A DNA stretch of 64,000 bases. Source: Candidatus Fervidifonticultor secundus (GTDB lineage: Bacteria; Sysuimicrobiota; Sysuimicrobiia; Sysuimicrobiales; Humicultoraceae). A program made the position numbers and the translations under genes. Positions 55,270 through 64,000 of the stretch are shown here, one piece after another (positions within the stretch are counted from its first letter, which is position 1; each line of letters opens with the position of its first letter). Location: NCBI GenBank assembly GCA_031459385.1, contig JAVKIP010000002.1, positions 64,355 to 128,354 of the forward strand. Direction: 5' to 3'. Below the pieces are notes generated by a model. The model was not told where the DNA came from and made no database searches. It worked only from the letters and a program-made list of their open reading frames with translations.

Positions 55270-55298
55270 AGGTCCTGGCGCGTTCGCACCGCCCCGGG

Positions 55299-55328
55299 GG
55301 ACGCCCGAGTTCGGGCGTCTTTTGCTTT
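55299..55328 (+). terminator. Riboswitch expression-platform intrinsic terminator
   Basis: GACGCCCG-AGTT-CGGGCGTC followed by TTTTGCTTT, between the aptamer and the RBS. Confidence 0.8.
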
Positions 55329-55347
55329 GCGCCAGAAGGAGCCGACG

Positions 55348-56487
55348 ATGGTGGCTGGTACGCGTCGCACGACCGCCCTCCTGCTGGCGGGCCTCGGCCT
55401 GCTGTTGGCCCTCCCCCGGCCGGCGCCCGGCCAGGCGCTGGAAGATCGGCTGGTCGTGATGACCCCCATCCCGCGCGAGGTCGCCGATACCGTGGCCGAC
55501 CGCTTCGCCGAGCACGCGCGGCAGCGGTACGGCGCGCCCCTGCGGCCGACGCTGGTGTTCCTGGGCGGTCCCACGATGTATGCCCGCGTCCTGGAGTGGC
55601 GCGGCCGCCCTGATGCCGATCTGCTGTGGGCCAGCGAGGCTGAGGTGCTGGACGACCTCGTCAACCGTCGGCTCCTCGTCCTCCACGAGCTGCCCGAGGC
55701 GCTGGTTCGGGACGTCCCGCAGGCGATCGGCGGGCCCCGGGCGATCCCGTTGCGCGACGGTCGCGGCTACTGGATCGGGACCGCCCTGACGCCCGCTGGC
55801 ATCGTGTACCACCCACGGCTGCTGCGGCGCCTGGGCCTCGATCCGCCGCACGACTGGGACGACCTGCTCGACTGCCGCCTGCGAGGCCAGGTCGTGCAGA
55901 CCACGCCCGACCGCTCCGCGACGAACCACAGCTCGCTCGAGGTGATCCTGCAGCTCCGCGGCTGGCAGCGCGGGTGGGAGTGGGCCCAGCGGCTGGCCGC
56001 GACGACCGGCATCTACGTCACTCGTAGCCGCGACGTGCCGACGTTCGTGGCGCGCGGCGAGTTCGCCGTGGGCTTCGCCGTGCTCAGCTACATGGCGTTC
56101 CAGGAGGTGCTCGGCGGCCACGATATCCGCTTCGTGAGCCCGCCCTACGCCTGGATCTCGCCGGCGCCGTCTGCCGTGCTGGCCGGTGCCCGGTCGCCGC
56201 GTGCCGCCCGCGCGTTCCTGCAGTTCCTCCTCAGTGACGAAGGGCAGCGGCTCATGATGGCTCACGGGCTGTTTCCGATCGTGCCGCGCTTCAAGATGGA
56301 GGGCCCACCCGGGTCCGTCGCCGCGCAGGCCGCGACGTTCGCCGGCATGCGGTCGTTCTTCGACCGGCCCGTCCGGACGATCTACGACGACGACCTGGCG
56401 CAGAAGCGCTACCAGGAGGTGAATGAGCTCTACCGCAAGCTCGTCTTCGAGCGACACGACCAGCTGAAGCGGCTGCACTGTCCCTGA
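55348..56487 (+). CDS. Orphan FbpA/AfuA-family ABC substrate-binding protein under riboswitch control; paralog of 17810-18946
   Basis: AAGGAG RBS; signal peptide. Long stretches match the first SBP (DWDDLLDCRL.GQV, GWEWAQRL, RSRDVPT, GEFAVGFAV, SFFDRPVR, LKRL.CP). Confidence 0.85.
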   Translation: MVAGTRRTTALLLAGLGLLLALPRPAPGQALEDRLVVMTPIPREVADTVADRFAEHARQRYGAPLRPTLVFLGGPTMYARVLEWRGRPDADLLWASEAEVLDDLVNRRLLVLHELPEALVRDVPQAIGGPRAIPLRDGRGYWIGTALTPAGIVYHPRLLRRLGLDPPHDWDDLLDCRLRGQVVQTTPDRSATNHSSLEVILQLRGWQRGWEWAQRLAATTGIYVTRSRDVPTFVARGEFAVGFAVLSYMAFQEVLGGHDIRFVSPPYAWISPAPSAVLAGARSPRAARAFLQFLLSDEGQRLMMAHGLFPIVPRFKMEGPPGSVAAQAATFAGMRSFFDRPVRTIYDDDLAQKRYQEVNELYRKLVFERHDQLKRLHCP

Positions 56488-56499
56488 GACCGTCGCGCA

Positions 56500-56537
56500 C
56501 GGCAGAGGCTGGACATGCCTCTGCCGGTGACTATAAT
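56500..56537 (+). promoter_or_regulatory. tRNA-Lys promoter with its -35 inside a 10-bp inverted repeat
   Basis: TGGACA-16 nt-TATAAT; inverted repeat CGGCAGAGGC-TGGACAT-GCCTCTGCCG. Confidence 0.65.
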
Positions 56538-56551
56538 GTGAACCGGAACGA

Positions 56552-56627
<76 letters not shown>

Positions 56628-56644
56628 GAGGGAGTACAGCCGGC

Positions 56645-56676
56645 GATGCGGGTCGCTGCCCGCGTCTCTCGTTTCT
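56645..56676 (+). terminator. Possible terminator after tRNA-Lys
   Basis: GATGCGGG-TCGCTG-CCCGCGTC followed by the pyrimidine run TCTCGTTTCT. Confidence 0.35.
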
Positions 56677-56833
56677 CACGGATGCATGCCAACGTCCCCA
56701 GCCGTCGGGCACAGCTGACGCCGTTCCGCTGCGCGACGAGTGGTGCCATAGGGATGCGGGTCTTGCGCCCCGATCGGCGTCACAGCGCCCTCCGGTGAGC
56801 GTACGCTGTGGCTGAGGAGGGAGATCCGGCCCG

Positions 56834-58039
56834 GTGGCCCTGCCGAGGTTGCGTCCGGCCCTGGATGCGTATCCCGTCCGCCTGAACGGGCGCGACCTGA
56901 TCGCGGTCCGTGATCCCGAAGGTGTAGCCGAGAAGCCGGTACTGCTGTCGCCGCAGACCTTCTTTGTCGCGCTTCTGCTCGACGGCACCCGCGACGTCCT
57001 GGACGTGCAGGCGGAGTACGCACGTCGGTCAGGCGGCACCCTGCTGTTCTCCTGGGACCTTCAGCGCATCGTCGAGGACCTCGACCGTCACGGGCTCTTG
57101 GAGAGCGAGACGTTGCGCGCCCGCCGCGAGGCTATCGACCGGGAGTTCCGGGCATCACCCGTTCGGGCGCCGTTCCACGCCGGCACGGCCTATCCGGCGG
57201 AGGCCGGCGCACTGCGCCGGATACTGGCAGAGTACCTGGCCGGTGTGGCACAGGACGAGCTGGCCAACCTTGAGCCCCGCGGTATCGTCGCGCCGCACAT
57301 CGACCTGGCCCGCGGCGGCTGGTGCTACGGCTGGGCGTACGCAGCACTGGCCCGCCGCCTGCCCCAGACCTGCTTCCTGCTCGGCGTCGCCCACAGCGCG
57401 CCGCCGGCGCCGGTCGTCCTCACCACCAAGCCGTTTGTGACGCCCCTGGGGGCGATCCCGGTGGACCATGAAGCTGTGGCGCAGCTCCAGGATCGGCTCG
57501 GTGACCTCACGGTTCACGAGGTCATCCATCGGACCGAGCACTCGCTGGAGTTCCAGGTGCTCTTCCTGCAGGCGATCGGGCAGGATCGGCCGCCGGCGAT
57601 CGTCCCGCTCCTGGTCTCCCCGCTGGAGCAGTGGGTTCCGGCGGGGGAGTCGCCCCGACGGGTCGATGTGGTGGAGCGCGTGATCCAGGCGCTCCGGGAT
57701 GTGGCCACCGCCCGCTCCGGCGCAAGTGCGGTGGTCGCCGCTGTGGACTTCAGCCATGTCGGCCCCCGGTTTGGCGACGCCGAGCCGCCCTCGGTGGCGC
57801 TGGCCGCACGGACCTCGGCCCGCGACCGGGAGGTCCTCGAAGCCATCATCCTGGGTGACGCTGAGGCCTTCTGGGCGTCGGTCACCGCCGGCGGCAACCC
57901 CCAGCGGATCGACGCCCTGTCAGCGGTCTACGTCACCCTGCGGGTCCTCGAACCGGTGCGCGGGCGACTGCTGCGGTACGGGACCGCCGAGGACCCTGCG
58001 GGAGGGATCGTCTCGTTCGCCAGCCTGGCCCTGCTGTGA
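56834..58039 (+). CDS. MEMO1-family protein (AmmeMemoRadiSam system protein B-like) with an N-terminal extension
   Basis: R.PFHAG.AYP, GIVAPHID, LGVAH, TPLG, H..EHSLEFQ..FL, DFSHVG.RFGD. Confidence 0.85.
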   Translation: MALPRLRPALDAYPVRLNGRDLIAVRDPEGVAEKPVLLSPQTFFVALLLDGTRDVLDVQAEYARRSGGTLLFSWDLQRIVEDLDRHGLLESETLRARREAIDREFRASPVRAPFHAGTAYPAEAGALRRILAEYLAGVAQDELANLEPRGIVAPHIDLARGGWCYGWAYAALARRLPQTCFLLGVAHSAPPAPVVLTTKPFVTPLGAIPVDHEAVAQLQDRLGDLTVHEVIHRTEHSLEFQVLFLQAIGQDRPPAIVPLLVSPLEQWVPAGESPRRVDVVERVIQALRDVATARSGASAVVAAVDFSHVGPRFGDAEPPSVALAARTSARDREVLEAIILGDAEAFWASVTAGGNPQRIDALSAVYVTLRVLEPVRGRLLRYGTAEDPAGGIVSFASLALL

Positions 58040-58121
58040 GCCGCGTTCCCCGCTGGCTCCGCACTGGCCTCGGGAGATTGTGACGAGTCCCGTTTGTTTT
58101 TTTTGACGGGTGCCCGAGGCA

Positions 58122-58151
58122 TGGACATCCGGACGGGACCTGCCGTAGAAT
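58122..58151 (+). promoter_or_regulatory. Putative promoter of tRNA-Leu-tig-clpP-clpX
   Basis: TGGACA-18 nt-TAGAAT, preceded by a T-tract (possible UP element). Confidence 0.5.
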
Positions 58152-58263
58152 GGTCCGGGGTAGGAGCGGTCGGGCCGGCAGGGTCATCCGCCGGCCTGTC
58201 TGTTTCCGACCCCGGCCTGTCGGCGGAGGCGCAAGGAGCTGCTGCCGGGTTGGATGAGGGTGG

Positions 58264-58350
58264 GCGGGCGTAGCCGAACTGGTAGAGGCGCCAGACTTAG
58301 GCTCTGGTCGGCGTGAGCCGGTGGGGGTTCGAGTCCCTCCGCCCGCACCA
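58264..58350 (+). tRNA. tRNA-Leu(TAG)
   Basis: Acceptor GCGGGCG/CGCCCGC, anticodon arm CCAGA-CTTAGGC-TCTGG, long variable arm, TTCGAGT, CCA. Confidence 0.95.
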
Positions 58351-58385
58351 GGCAGCACCCCCGGACATCGGCCAGGAGGCGGTCG

Positions 58386-59639
58386 ATGAAAGTCGAGTGG
58401 AGGCGGGAGTCGCCCAGTCGGGCGGTTCTGGACGTGGAGGTGCCGGCCGGAGACGTGGGCCGGGAGGTCCAGGCTGCCGCGGCGCGGCTCGCTCGTCAGG
58501 TCCGCGTGCCGGGGTTCCGGCCGGGACGGGCGCCCCGCGCAGTGCTGGAGCGATACGTCGGGCGCGATGAGATCTACAGCGAGGCGCTGGAGGGCCTGGT
58601 CGCGGCGGCATACCGGCGCGCCGTTGCGGAAGCCGGTGTCGTCCCCGTGGGACGCCCCGAGTTCGAGGTCCCGGCGCTCGACGAGACCCAGCCACTGCGG
58701 TTCACGGCGCGGGTGGACATCGCGCCCGACGTGGACCCGGGCGACTATGCGGCGGTGCGCGTCCCGTACGCCGCGCCGGTCGTGGCGGACGCCGATGTCG
58801 ACGCGGCGATCGAGGACCTTCGCCGGCGGCGCGGTCGCCTGGTGTCGGTGCAGGAGCGAGCAGCCCGCGGCGACTTCGTGCTCGTCCGCCCCACGACGGT
58901 GGACGGGGTCGAGCGGTTCGCGGTCGGGCGGGAGGTGCTGGTCGAACTCGGCGCCGGCGTGCTCCCTCCCGAAGTGGAAGCCGGGTTGGAGGGCGTCGCG
59001 GCTGGCGATGAGCGGACGCTGACGGTCGGCGAGGCCGGGCGCCTCGTCCTGGCCGTCATCGATGTGCGCCGGCGCGAGTTGCCGCCACTGGACGACGCGT
59101 TCGCGCGCGGGGTGGGGAACGTCGCCTCCCTCGACGAGCTGCGCGCGCAGCTGCGCCAGCAGCTCGAACGCGAGGCGGCCGCACGCGCCCAGGAGGCCTA
59201 CGAAGAGCAGGTGCTGACGGCGGTGCTCGAGCGCGCGGCGGTCGAACTCCCGGTGAGCATGGTGGAACACGAACTCGACCACCTCGTCGAGGAGTTGCAG
59301 GAAGCCCTCCAGCGCCGCGGCATCACGCTGGAGCGGTACCTGGCGTCCACCGGGCAGGGGCTGGACGCTCTGCGGGCAGAGCTGCGTCCCCGCGCCGAGC
59401 GCCGGCTGAGAGTACGGTTGGTGTTGGACGCGATCGCCGACCGGGAGGGGCTGGCGCCGACGCAAGAGGAGATCACTGCCGAGGAAGAGAAACTCGCCGC
59501 GGACCTGGGGCTGGATCTCCCGCGGGTGCGGGACTGGCTGGCAGAGGGTACCCGGCGGGATGCGATGCAGGCCGTGCTCCGCCGGCGCACGACGATCGCC
59601 ACGCTGGTGGCGCGCGCGAGAGGCGAGGTGGACGGATAG
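58386..59639 (+). CDS. tig: Trigger factor
   Basis: Ribosome-binding signature [10 protein letters not shown]; lies upstream of clpP; AGGAGG RBS. Confidence 0.92.
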   Translation: MKVEWRRESPSRAVLDVEVPAGDVGREVQAAAARLARQVRVPGFRPGRAPRAVLERYVGRDEIYSEALEGLVAAAYRRAVAEAGVVPVGRPEFEVPALDETQPLRFTARVDIAPDVDPGDYAAVRVPYAAPVVADADVDAAIEDLRRRRGRLVSVQERAARGDFVLVRPTTVDGVERFAVGREVLVELGAGVLPPEVEAGLEGVAAGDERTLTVGEAGRLVLAVIDVRRRELPPLDDAFARGVGNVASLDELRAQLRQQLEREAAARAQEAYEEQVLTAVLERAAVELPVSMVEHELDHLVEELQEALQRRGITLERYLASTGQGLDALRAELRPRAERRLRVRLVLDAIADREGLAPTQEEITAEEEKLAADLGLDLPRVRDWLAEGTRRDAMQAVLRRRTTIATLVARARGEVDG

Positions 59640-59640
59640 C

Positions 59641-60243
59641 ATGACCCTGGTACCCATCGTCGTCGAGCAGACGCCCCGCGGGGAGCGCGCCTACGACATC
59701 TACTCCCGGTTGCTAAAGGAGCGCATCATCTTCCTCGGCGGACCGATCGACGACGACGTCGCCAACCTGGTCATCGCCCAGCTGCTCTACCTGGAGGGTG
59801 AGGACCCCGACAAAGACATCATGCTGTACGTCAACAGCCCGGGTGGCGACCTGATCGCGTCCCTGGCCATCTACGACACGATGCAGTACGTCCGTCCCAG
59901 TATCGCCACCATCTGCGTGGGACTGGCGGCGAGCGGAGGGGCGCTGGTCCTCGCCGGCGGGACGAAGGGGAAGCGCTCGGCACTGCCATACTCGCGGATC
60001 ATGATCCACCAGCCGTGGGGTGGCGCGCAGGGCCAGACCACTGATATTGACATCCAGGCCCGGGAGTTCCTCAAGATGCGGGCCATCATGAACGAGATCC
60101 TGGCCCGGCACACGGGGCAGCCCCTGGAACGGATCGAACGCGACACCGACCGCAACTTCTGGATGAGTGCCAGCGAGGCGAAAGAGTACGGTCTGATCGA
60201 CCAGGTGATCCAACCGCGGGAGCGCGTGTCGAAAGGCGGATGA
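59641..60243 (+). CDS. clpP: ATP-dependent Clp protease proteolytic subunit
   Basis: LVPIVVE...[26 protein letters not shown] (Ser), MIHQP (His). Confidence 0.95.
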   Translation: MTLVPIVVEQTPRGERAYDIYSRLLKERIIFLGGPIDDDVANLVIAQLLYLEGEDPDKDIMLYVNSPGGDLIASLAIYDTMQYVRPSIATICVGLAASGGALVLAGGTKGKRSALPYSRIMIHQPWGGAQGQTTDIDIQAREFLKMRAIMNEILARHTGQPLERIERDTDRNFWMSASEAKEYGLIDQVIQPRERVSKGG

Positions 60244-60250
60244 ACACGTC

Positions 60251-61519
60251 GTGTTTCGTGGCAGCGATGAGCGTGAGCGCATGAAGTGCTCCTTCTGCGG
60301 CAAGCCCCAGGCCCAGGTTCGCAAGCTCGTCGCCGGCCCGGGCGTGTACATCTGCGACGAGTGCATCGAGCTCTGCAGCGAGATCGTCGAAGAGGAACTG
60401 GCTGCAGAGGAGCCGCGGCCGGGGCTGCGTCCGACGCCCAAGCCACGGGAGATCTACGAGGCGCTCTGCGAGTACGTCGTCGGCCAGGATCGGGCCAAGA
60501 AGGCCCTGTCGGTTGCGGTCTACAACCACTACAAGCGCATCGGGAACCGGCGACCCTCGGACGTCGAGCTCCAGAAGTCCAACATCCTGCTGATCGGCCC
60601 GACAGGATGCGGGAAGACTCTCCTGGCCCAGACGCTGGCCCGGATCCTGGACGTGCCGTTCGCCATCGCCGACGCCACGTCCCTCACCGAGGCCGGATAT
60701 GTCGGGGAAGACGTCGAGAACATTCTGCTGCGGCTCATCCAGGCCGCTGACTACGAGATCAAGAAGGCCGAACGCGGGATCATCTACATCGACGAGGTCG
60801 ACAAGATTGCCCGGAAGAGCGAGAACCCCTCGATCACGCGTGATGTCTCCGGCGAGGGGGTCCAACAGGCGCTCCTCAAGATCCTGGAAGGCACGGTGGC
60901 CAACGTGCCCCCCCAGGGTGGCCGGAAGCATCCGCATCAAGAGTTCATCCAGATCGATACCACCAATGTCCTCTTCATCTGCGGCGGTGCCTTCGAAGGG
61001 CTCGAGCGCATCATTGAGTCGCGCGTGCGGCAGACCAGCATGGGGTTTGGGGCGCCTGTGGCGTCCCGCACCAAACAGGACGTGGCGGCGCTGCTGGCGC
61101 AGATCATGCCGCAGGACCTGCTGCGGTTTGGACTGATTCCCGAGTTTATCGGGCGCCTGCCGATCATCGTGCCGCTGGAGCCCCTCGACGAGGACGACCT
61201 GGTCCGCGTACTCGTCGAACCGAAAAACTCGCTGGTGCGGCAGTACCAGACGATCCTCGAGATGGACAGCGTGGAACTCTCGTTCACCGACGAGGCGCTG
61301 CGCGCGATCGCCCGCGAGGCGATGGCGCGGAACACCGGGGCGCGGGGCCTGCGGACCATCATCGAAGAGGTCATGCTCGACATCATGTACGAGATCCCGT
61401 CCCGTGCCGACATCCGGCGGTGCGTCGTCACCGAGGACGCGGCGCTCCGCCGCGCAGGGCCGCTCCTGCTGACCGCCACCGACCTCAAGAAGCACGGTCG
61501 GGAGCGCTCGGCTTCCTAA
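60251..61519 (+). CDS. clpX: ATP-dependent Clp protease ATP-binding subunit
   Basis: Zinc finger CSFC...[37 protein letters not shown] loop, GARGLR. Confidence 0.96.
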   Translation: MFRGSDERERMKCSFCGKPQAQVRKLVAGPGVYICDECIELCSEIVEEELAAEEPRPGLRPTPKPREIYEALCEYVVGQDRAKKALSVAVYNHYKRIGNRRPSDVELQKSNILLIGPTGCGKTLLAQTLARILDVPFAIADATSLTEAGYVGEDVENILLRLIQAADYEIKKAERGIIYIDEVDKIARKSENPSITRDVSGEGVQQALLKILEGTVANVPPQGGRKHPHQEFIQIDTTNVLFICGGAFEGLERIIESRVRQTSMGFGAPVASRTKQDVAALLAQIMPQDLLRFGLIPEFIGRLPIIVPLEPLDEDDLVRVLVEPKNSLVRQYQTILEMDSVELSFTDEALRAIAREAMARNTGARGLRTIIEEVMLDIMYEIPSRADIRRCVVTEDAALRRAGPLLLTATDLKKHGRERSAS

Positions 61520-61777
61520 GGACGTTCCCCGCGATCGTGCCGCCGGCCCTGGTCCGGGTCGCGCATGGAGTTCGCCACTATAGAACTTTTTAGGCGATGG
61601 ACCTCCGGTCCAGGCCGGGGCGCCGGGAACAGGACCGGGATGGGCATCGTTTTGTTAATACGAGCACCGCGTGGCATCCCCACCGGTCCGCGTCATCGCT
61701 GGTAGGCAGGCTCAAAGGAGAGCGTGCCGAGCCAGCGGAGGTTCGCTCGTGGCCCGGGAGGGCCAGAGGAGGCACCT

Positions 61778-64000
61778 GTGACGGCTCCCGGTATTCCGAC
61801 GCAGATTCCGGAGCGGCTCCCGCTGCTCCCGCTGAAGGGCACGGTGGTCTTTCCATCCCAGGTCCAGGGGCTGGGCGTGGGACGGCCCAAGTCGCTGCGC
61901 GCCCTGGAGGCCGCGCTTGAGCGCGACCGGCTCATCGTGCTGGCGGCGCAGCGCGATGACGATATCAACGATCCGCGGCCCAAGGACATCTACACCGTCG
62001 GCACGGTGTGCCGGGTGCTCCAGATCGGCAAACAGCCCGATGGCGTGCTCCAGGTCATCGTGGAGGGTGTGCAGCGGGTGACGATCGATGGGTTCCCCCA
62101 GGAGGAGCCGTACTTCGAGGTGGCGGTCACGCCACGGCCGGATGTCCTGGAGAAGACGCCCGAGGTCGAGGCGCTCATGCGCGCCGTGCTGTCGCAGTTC
62201 GAACGGTTCGCGCGGCTCGCCCGGACCGTCCCGCCCGATCAGCTCGTGACGGCCAGCCAGGCCGAGGAGCCGGGGCGTCTGGCCGACCTCATCGCTCAGC
62301 ATCTCTCCCTGAAGTTGGAAGAGCGACAGAGCCTGCTGGAAGCCGACTCCAAGGCCCGGCTGGACCGGCTCAACACGATCCTGACCCGCGAACTCGCGGT
62401 GATGGAGCTGGAGCGCAAGATCCACAGCCGCGTGCGGAAGCAGATGGAGAAGTCGCAGCGTGAGTACTTCCTCAAGGAGCAGATGAAAGCCATCCAGCAG
62501 GAGCTCGGGGAAAGCGACGAGCGGCAGGCCGAGGTCAACGAGTACCGGAAGAAGATCGAGGCCGCGAACCTGCCCGAGCACGTGAAGCAGAAGGCGGTGG
62601 AGGAACTCGGCCGGCTGGAGAAGATGCCCCCCATGGTGGCCGAGGCGGTGGTCGTGCGCACCTACCTCGACTGGATCCTGGCCATCCCGTGGACCGTGCG
62701 CACCGAGGATCGTCTGGACATCGATGAGGCGCGACGAATTCTCGACGAAGACCACTATGGGCTGGAAAAGGCCAAGGAGCGCGTCATCGAGTACCTGGCG
62801 GTCCGCAAGCTGTCGCCGGAGTCGCGCGGCCCTATTCTGTGCTTCGTTGGGCCCCCAGGCGTGGGGAAGACCTCCATGGGCAAGTCCATCGCCCGCGCGC
62901 TGGGCCGCAAGTTCGTCCGCGTGTCGCTTGGTGGCGTCCGGGACGAGGCCGAGATCCGCGGACACCGTCGCACCTACGTCGGCGCCCTGCCGGGACGCAT
63001 CGTCCAGGGCCTCAAGCAAGCCGGCAGCCGCAACCCCGTGTTCATGCTCGATGAGATCGACAAGCTCGGCGTGGACTTCCGGGGGGATCCGTCCGCGGCG
63101 CTGCTGGAGGCGCTCGACCCCGAGCAGAACCATGCCTTCAGCGATCATTACCTGGAGCTGGCGCTGGATCTCTCCGAGGTGATGTTCATCACCACCGCCA
63201 ACATCTTGGAGACCATTCCTCCGGCGCTGCGCGACCGCATGGAGGTCATCCGGTTCCCGGGCTACATCGAAGAAGAGAAGGTCAAGATCGCCGAACAGTT
63301 CCTGGTGCCGAAGCAACTGAAGGCCAACGGCCTGACCCCCGCGCAGGTGAGCTTCGCCGCGGACGCCCTGCGGCTCATCGCCCGGGAGTACACCCGAGAG
63401 GCGGGCGTGCGGAACCTGGAGCGCGAGATCGGCGCGATCTGCCGCAAGGTGGCCACCGGCGTCGCGCGGGGCGTGGTGAAGAGCGCACGTATCACCCGCG
63501 CCAACGTCCACAAGTACCTCGGCCCGCCCAAGTTCAGGTTCGGCACTGCCGAGAAGCAGGACGAGGTGGGCGTCGCCACCGGCCTGGTCTACACGGAAAT
63601 GGGGGGCGACGTCGTCTCGGTGGAAGCCACCCTCATGCGCGGCGACGGGAAGCTGGTCCTCACGGGCCAGCTGGGTGACGTGATGAAGGAATCGGCGCAG
63701 GCCGCGCTCTCGTACGTGCGTGCCCGCGCGCGACGCTTCGGAGCCGACGAGGAGTTCTACCAGAAGACCGACGTGCACATCCACGTGCCCGCGGGCGCCG
63801 TGCCCAAAGACGGGCCCTCGGCGGGCATCACGATGGCGACGGCGCTAGCCTCGGCGGCAACCGGACGGCCTGTCCGCCGCGATGTGGCCATGACCGGGGA
63901 GATCACCCTCCGGGGCCGCGTGCTGCCGGTCGGCGGGCTGAAGGAGAAGATCCTGGCGGCCCACCGCGCAGGCATCCGGACGGTCATCGTGCCCAAGGAG
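61778..64000 (+). CDS. lon: Lon protease (3' partial, runs off the window)
   Basis: GAGGAGG RBS then GTG; LPLLPL...[35 protein letters not shown] (Ser), GGLKEK (Lys). Confidence 0.95.
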   Translation, partial: MTAPGIPTQIPERLPLLPLKGTVVFPSQVQGLGVGRPKSLRALEAALERDRLIVLAAQRDDDINDPRPKDIYTVGTVCRVLQIGKQPDGVLQVIVEGVQRVTIDGFPQEEPYFEVAVTPRPDVLEKTPEVEALMRAVLSQFERFARLARTVPPDQLVTASQAEEPGRLADLIAQHLSLKLEERQSLLEADSKARLDRLNTILTRELAVMELERKIHSRVRKQMEKSQREYFLKEQMKAIQQELGESDERQAEVNEYRKKIEAANLPEHVKQKAVEELGRLEKMPPMVAEAVVVRTYLDWILAIPWTVRTEDRLDIDEARRILDEDHYGLEKAKERVIEYLAVRKLSPESRGPILCFVGPPGVGKTSMGKSIARALGRKFVRVSLGGVRDEAEIRGHRRTYVGALPGRIVQGLKQAGSRNPVFMLDEIDKLGVDFRGDPSAALLEALDPEQNHAFSDHYLELALDLSEVMFITTANILETIPPALRDRMEVIRFPGYIEEEKVKIAEQFLVPKQLKANGLTPAQVSFAADALRLIAREYTREAGVRNLEREIGAICRKVATGVARGVVKSARITRANVHKYLGPPKFRFGTAEKQDEVGVATGLVYTEMGGDVVSVEATLMRGDGKLVLTGQLGDVMKESAQAALSYVRARARRFGADEEFYQKTDVHIHVPAGAVPKDGPSAGITMATALASAATGRPVRRDVAMTGEITLRGRVLPVGGLKEKILAAHRAGIRTVIVPKE

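Noticed and set aside
58152..58263. SRP RNA or 6S RNA identity for the tRNA-Leu leader hairpin
   Set aside because: It lacks the SRP GGAA tetraloop domain and is too short for 6S; kept only as an unassigned structure.
61520..61777. CIRCE or CtsR heat-shock operator, or ncRNA, between clpX and lon
   Set aside because: AT-rich patches and short inverted repeats are present, but there is no TTAGCACTC-N9-GAGTGCTAA and no GTCAAA heptad repeat.

Overview
This is a very GC-rich bacterial chromosome segment with no integrase, transposase, phage gene, rRNA or CRISPR array. The gene order (lysA-M50-scpA-scpB-dac-cmk-plsC...ispH-der; tRNA-Leu-tig-clpP-clpX-lon) is Terrabacteria-like. An Armatimonadota/CSP1-3-like source is a guess, not shown. 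In order, it contains: a degenerate GH-A-like protein; a rearranged fatty-acid/acyl-CoA-ligase Liv-type ABC cluster; the housekeeping lysA-plsC block with a methyltransferase pseudogene; a glycerophosphodiester/G3P module with an FbpABC/AfuABC-type transporter; ispH, der, fpg and DUF971; tRNA-Pro; an IclR-led catabolic operon of unknown substrate with a divergent LacD-type aldolase; a csoR-copA-copZ-tlpA copper locus; tRNA-Arg(UCG); orphan 2-oxoacid dehydrogenase E1 and CoxL-like subunits; a ligD/ku NHEJ locus; MFS and VWA genes; an FMN-class riboswitch with its target gene; tRNA-Lys; a Memo/AmrB protein; tRNA-Leu; and tig-clpP-clpX-lon. Two candidate new systems stand out. (1) A variant FMN riboswitch, with core substitutions and an inserted hairpin, attenuates an orphan solute-binding protein that is a close paralog of the binding protein in the glycerophosphodiester operon. 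This suggests a flavin-nucleotide, or altered-ligand, uptake system that shares one permease. (2) A MerR-HTH/TPR protein with a possible beta-clamp-binding motif is translationally coupled to ku and is a candidate NHEJ accessory factor. All annotations come from reading motifs by eye; no searches were run.
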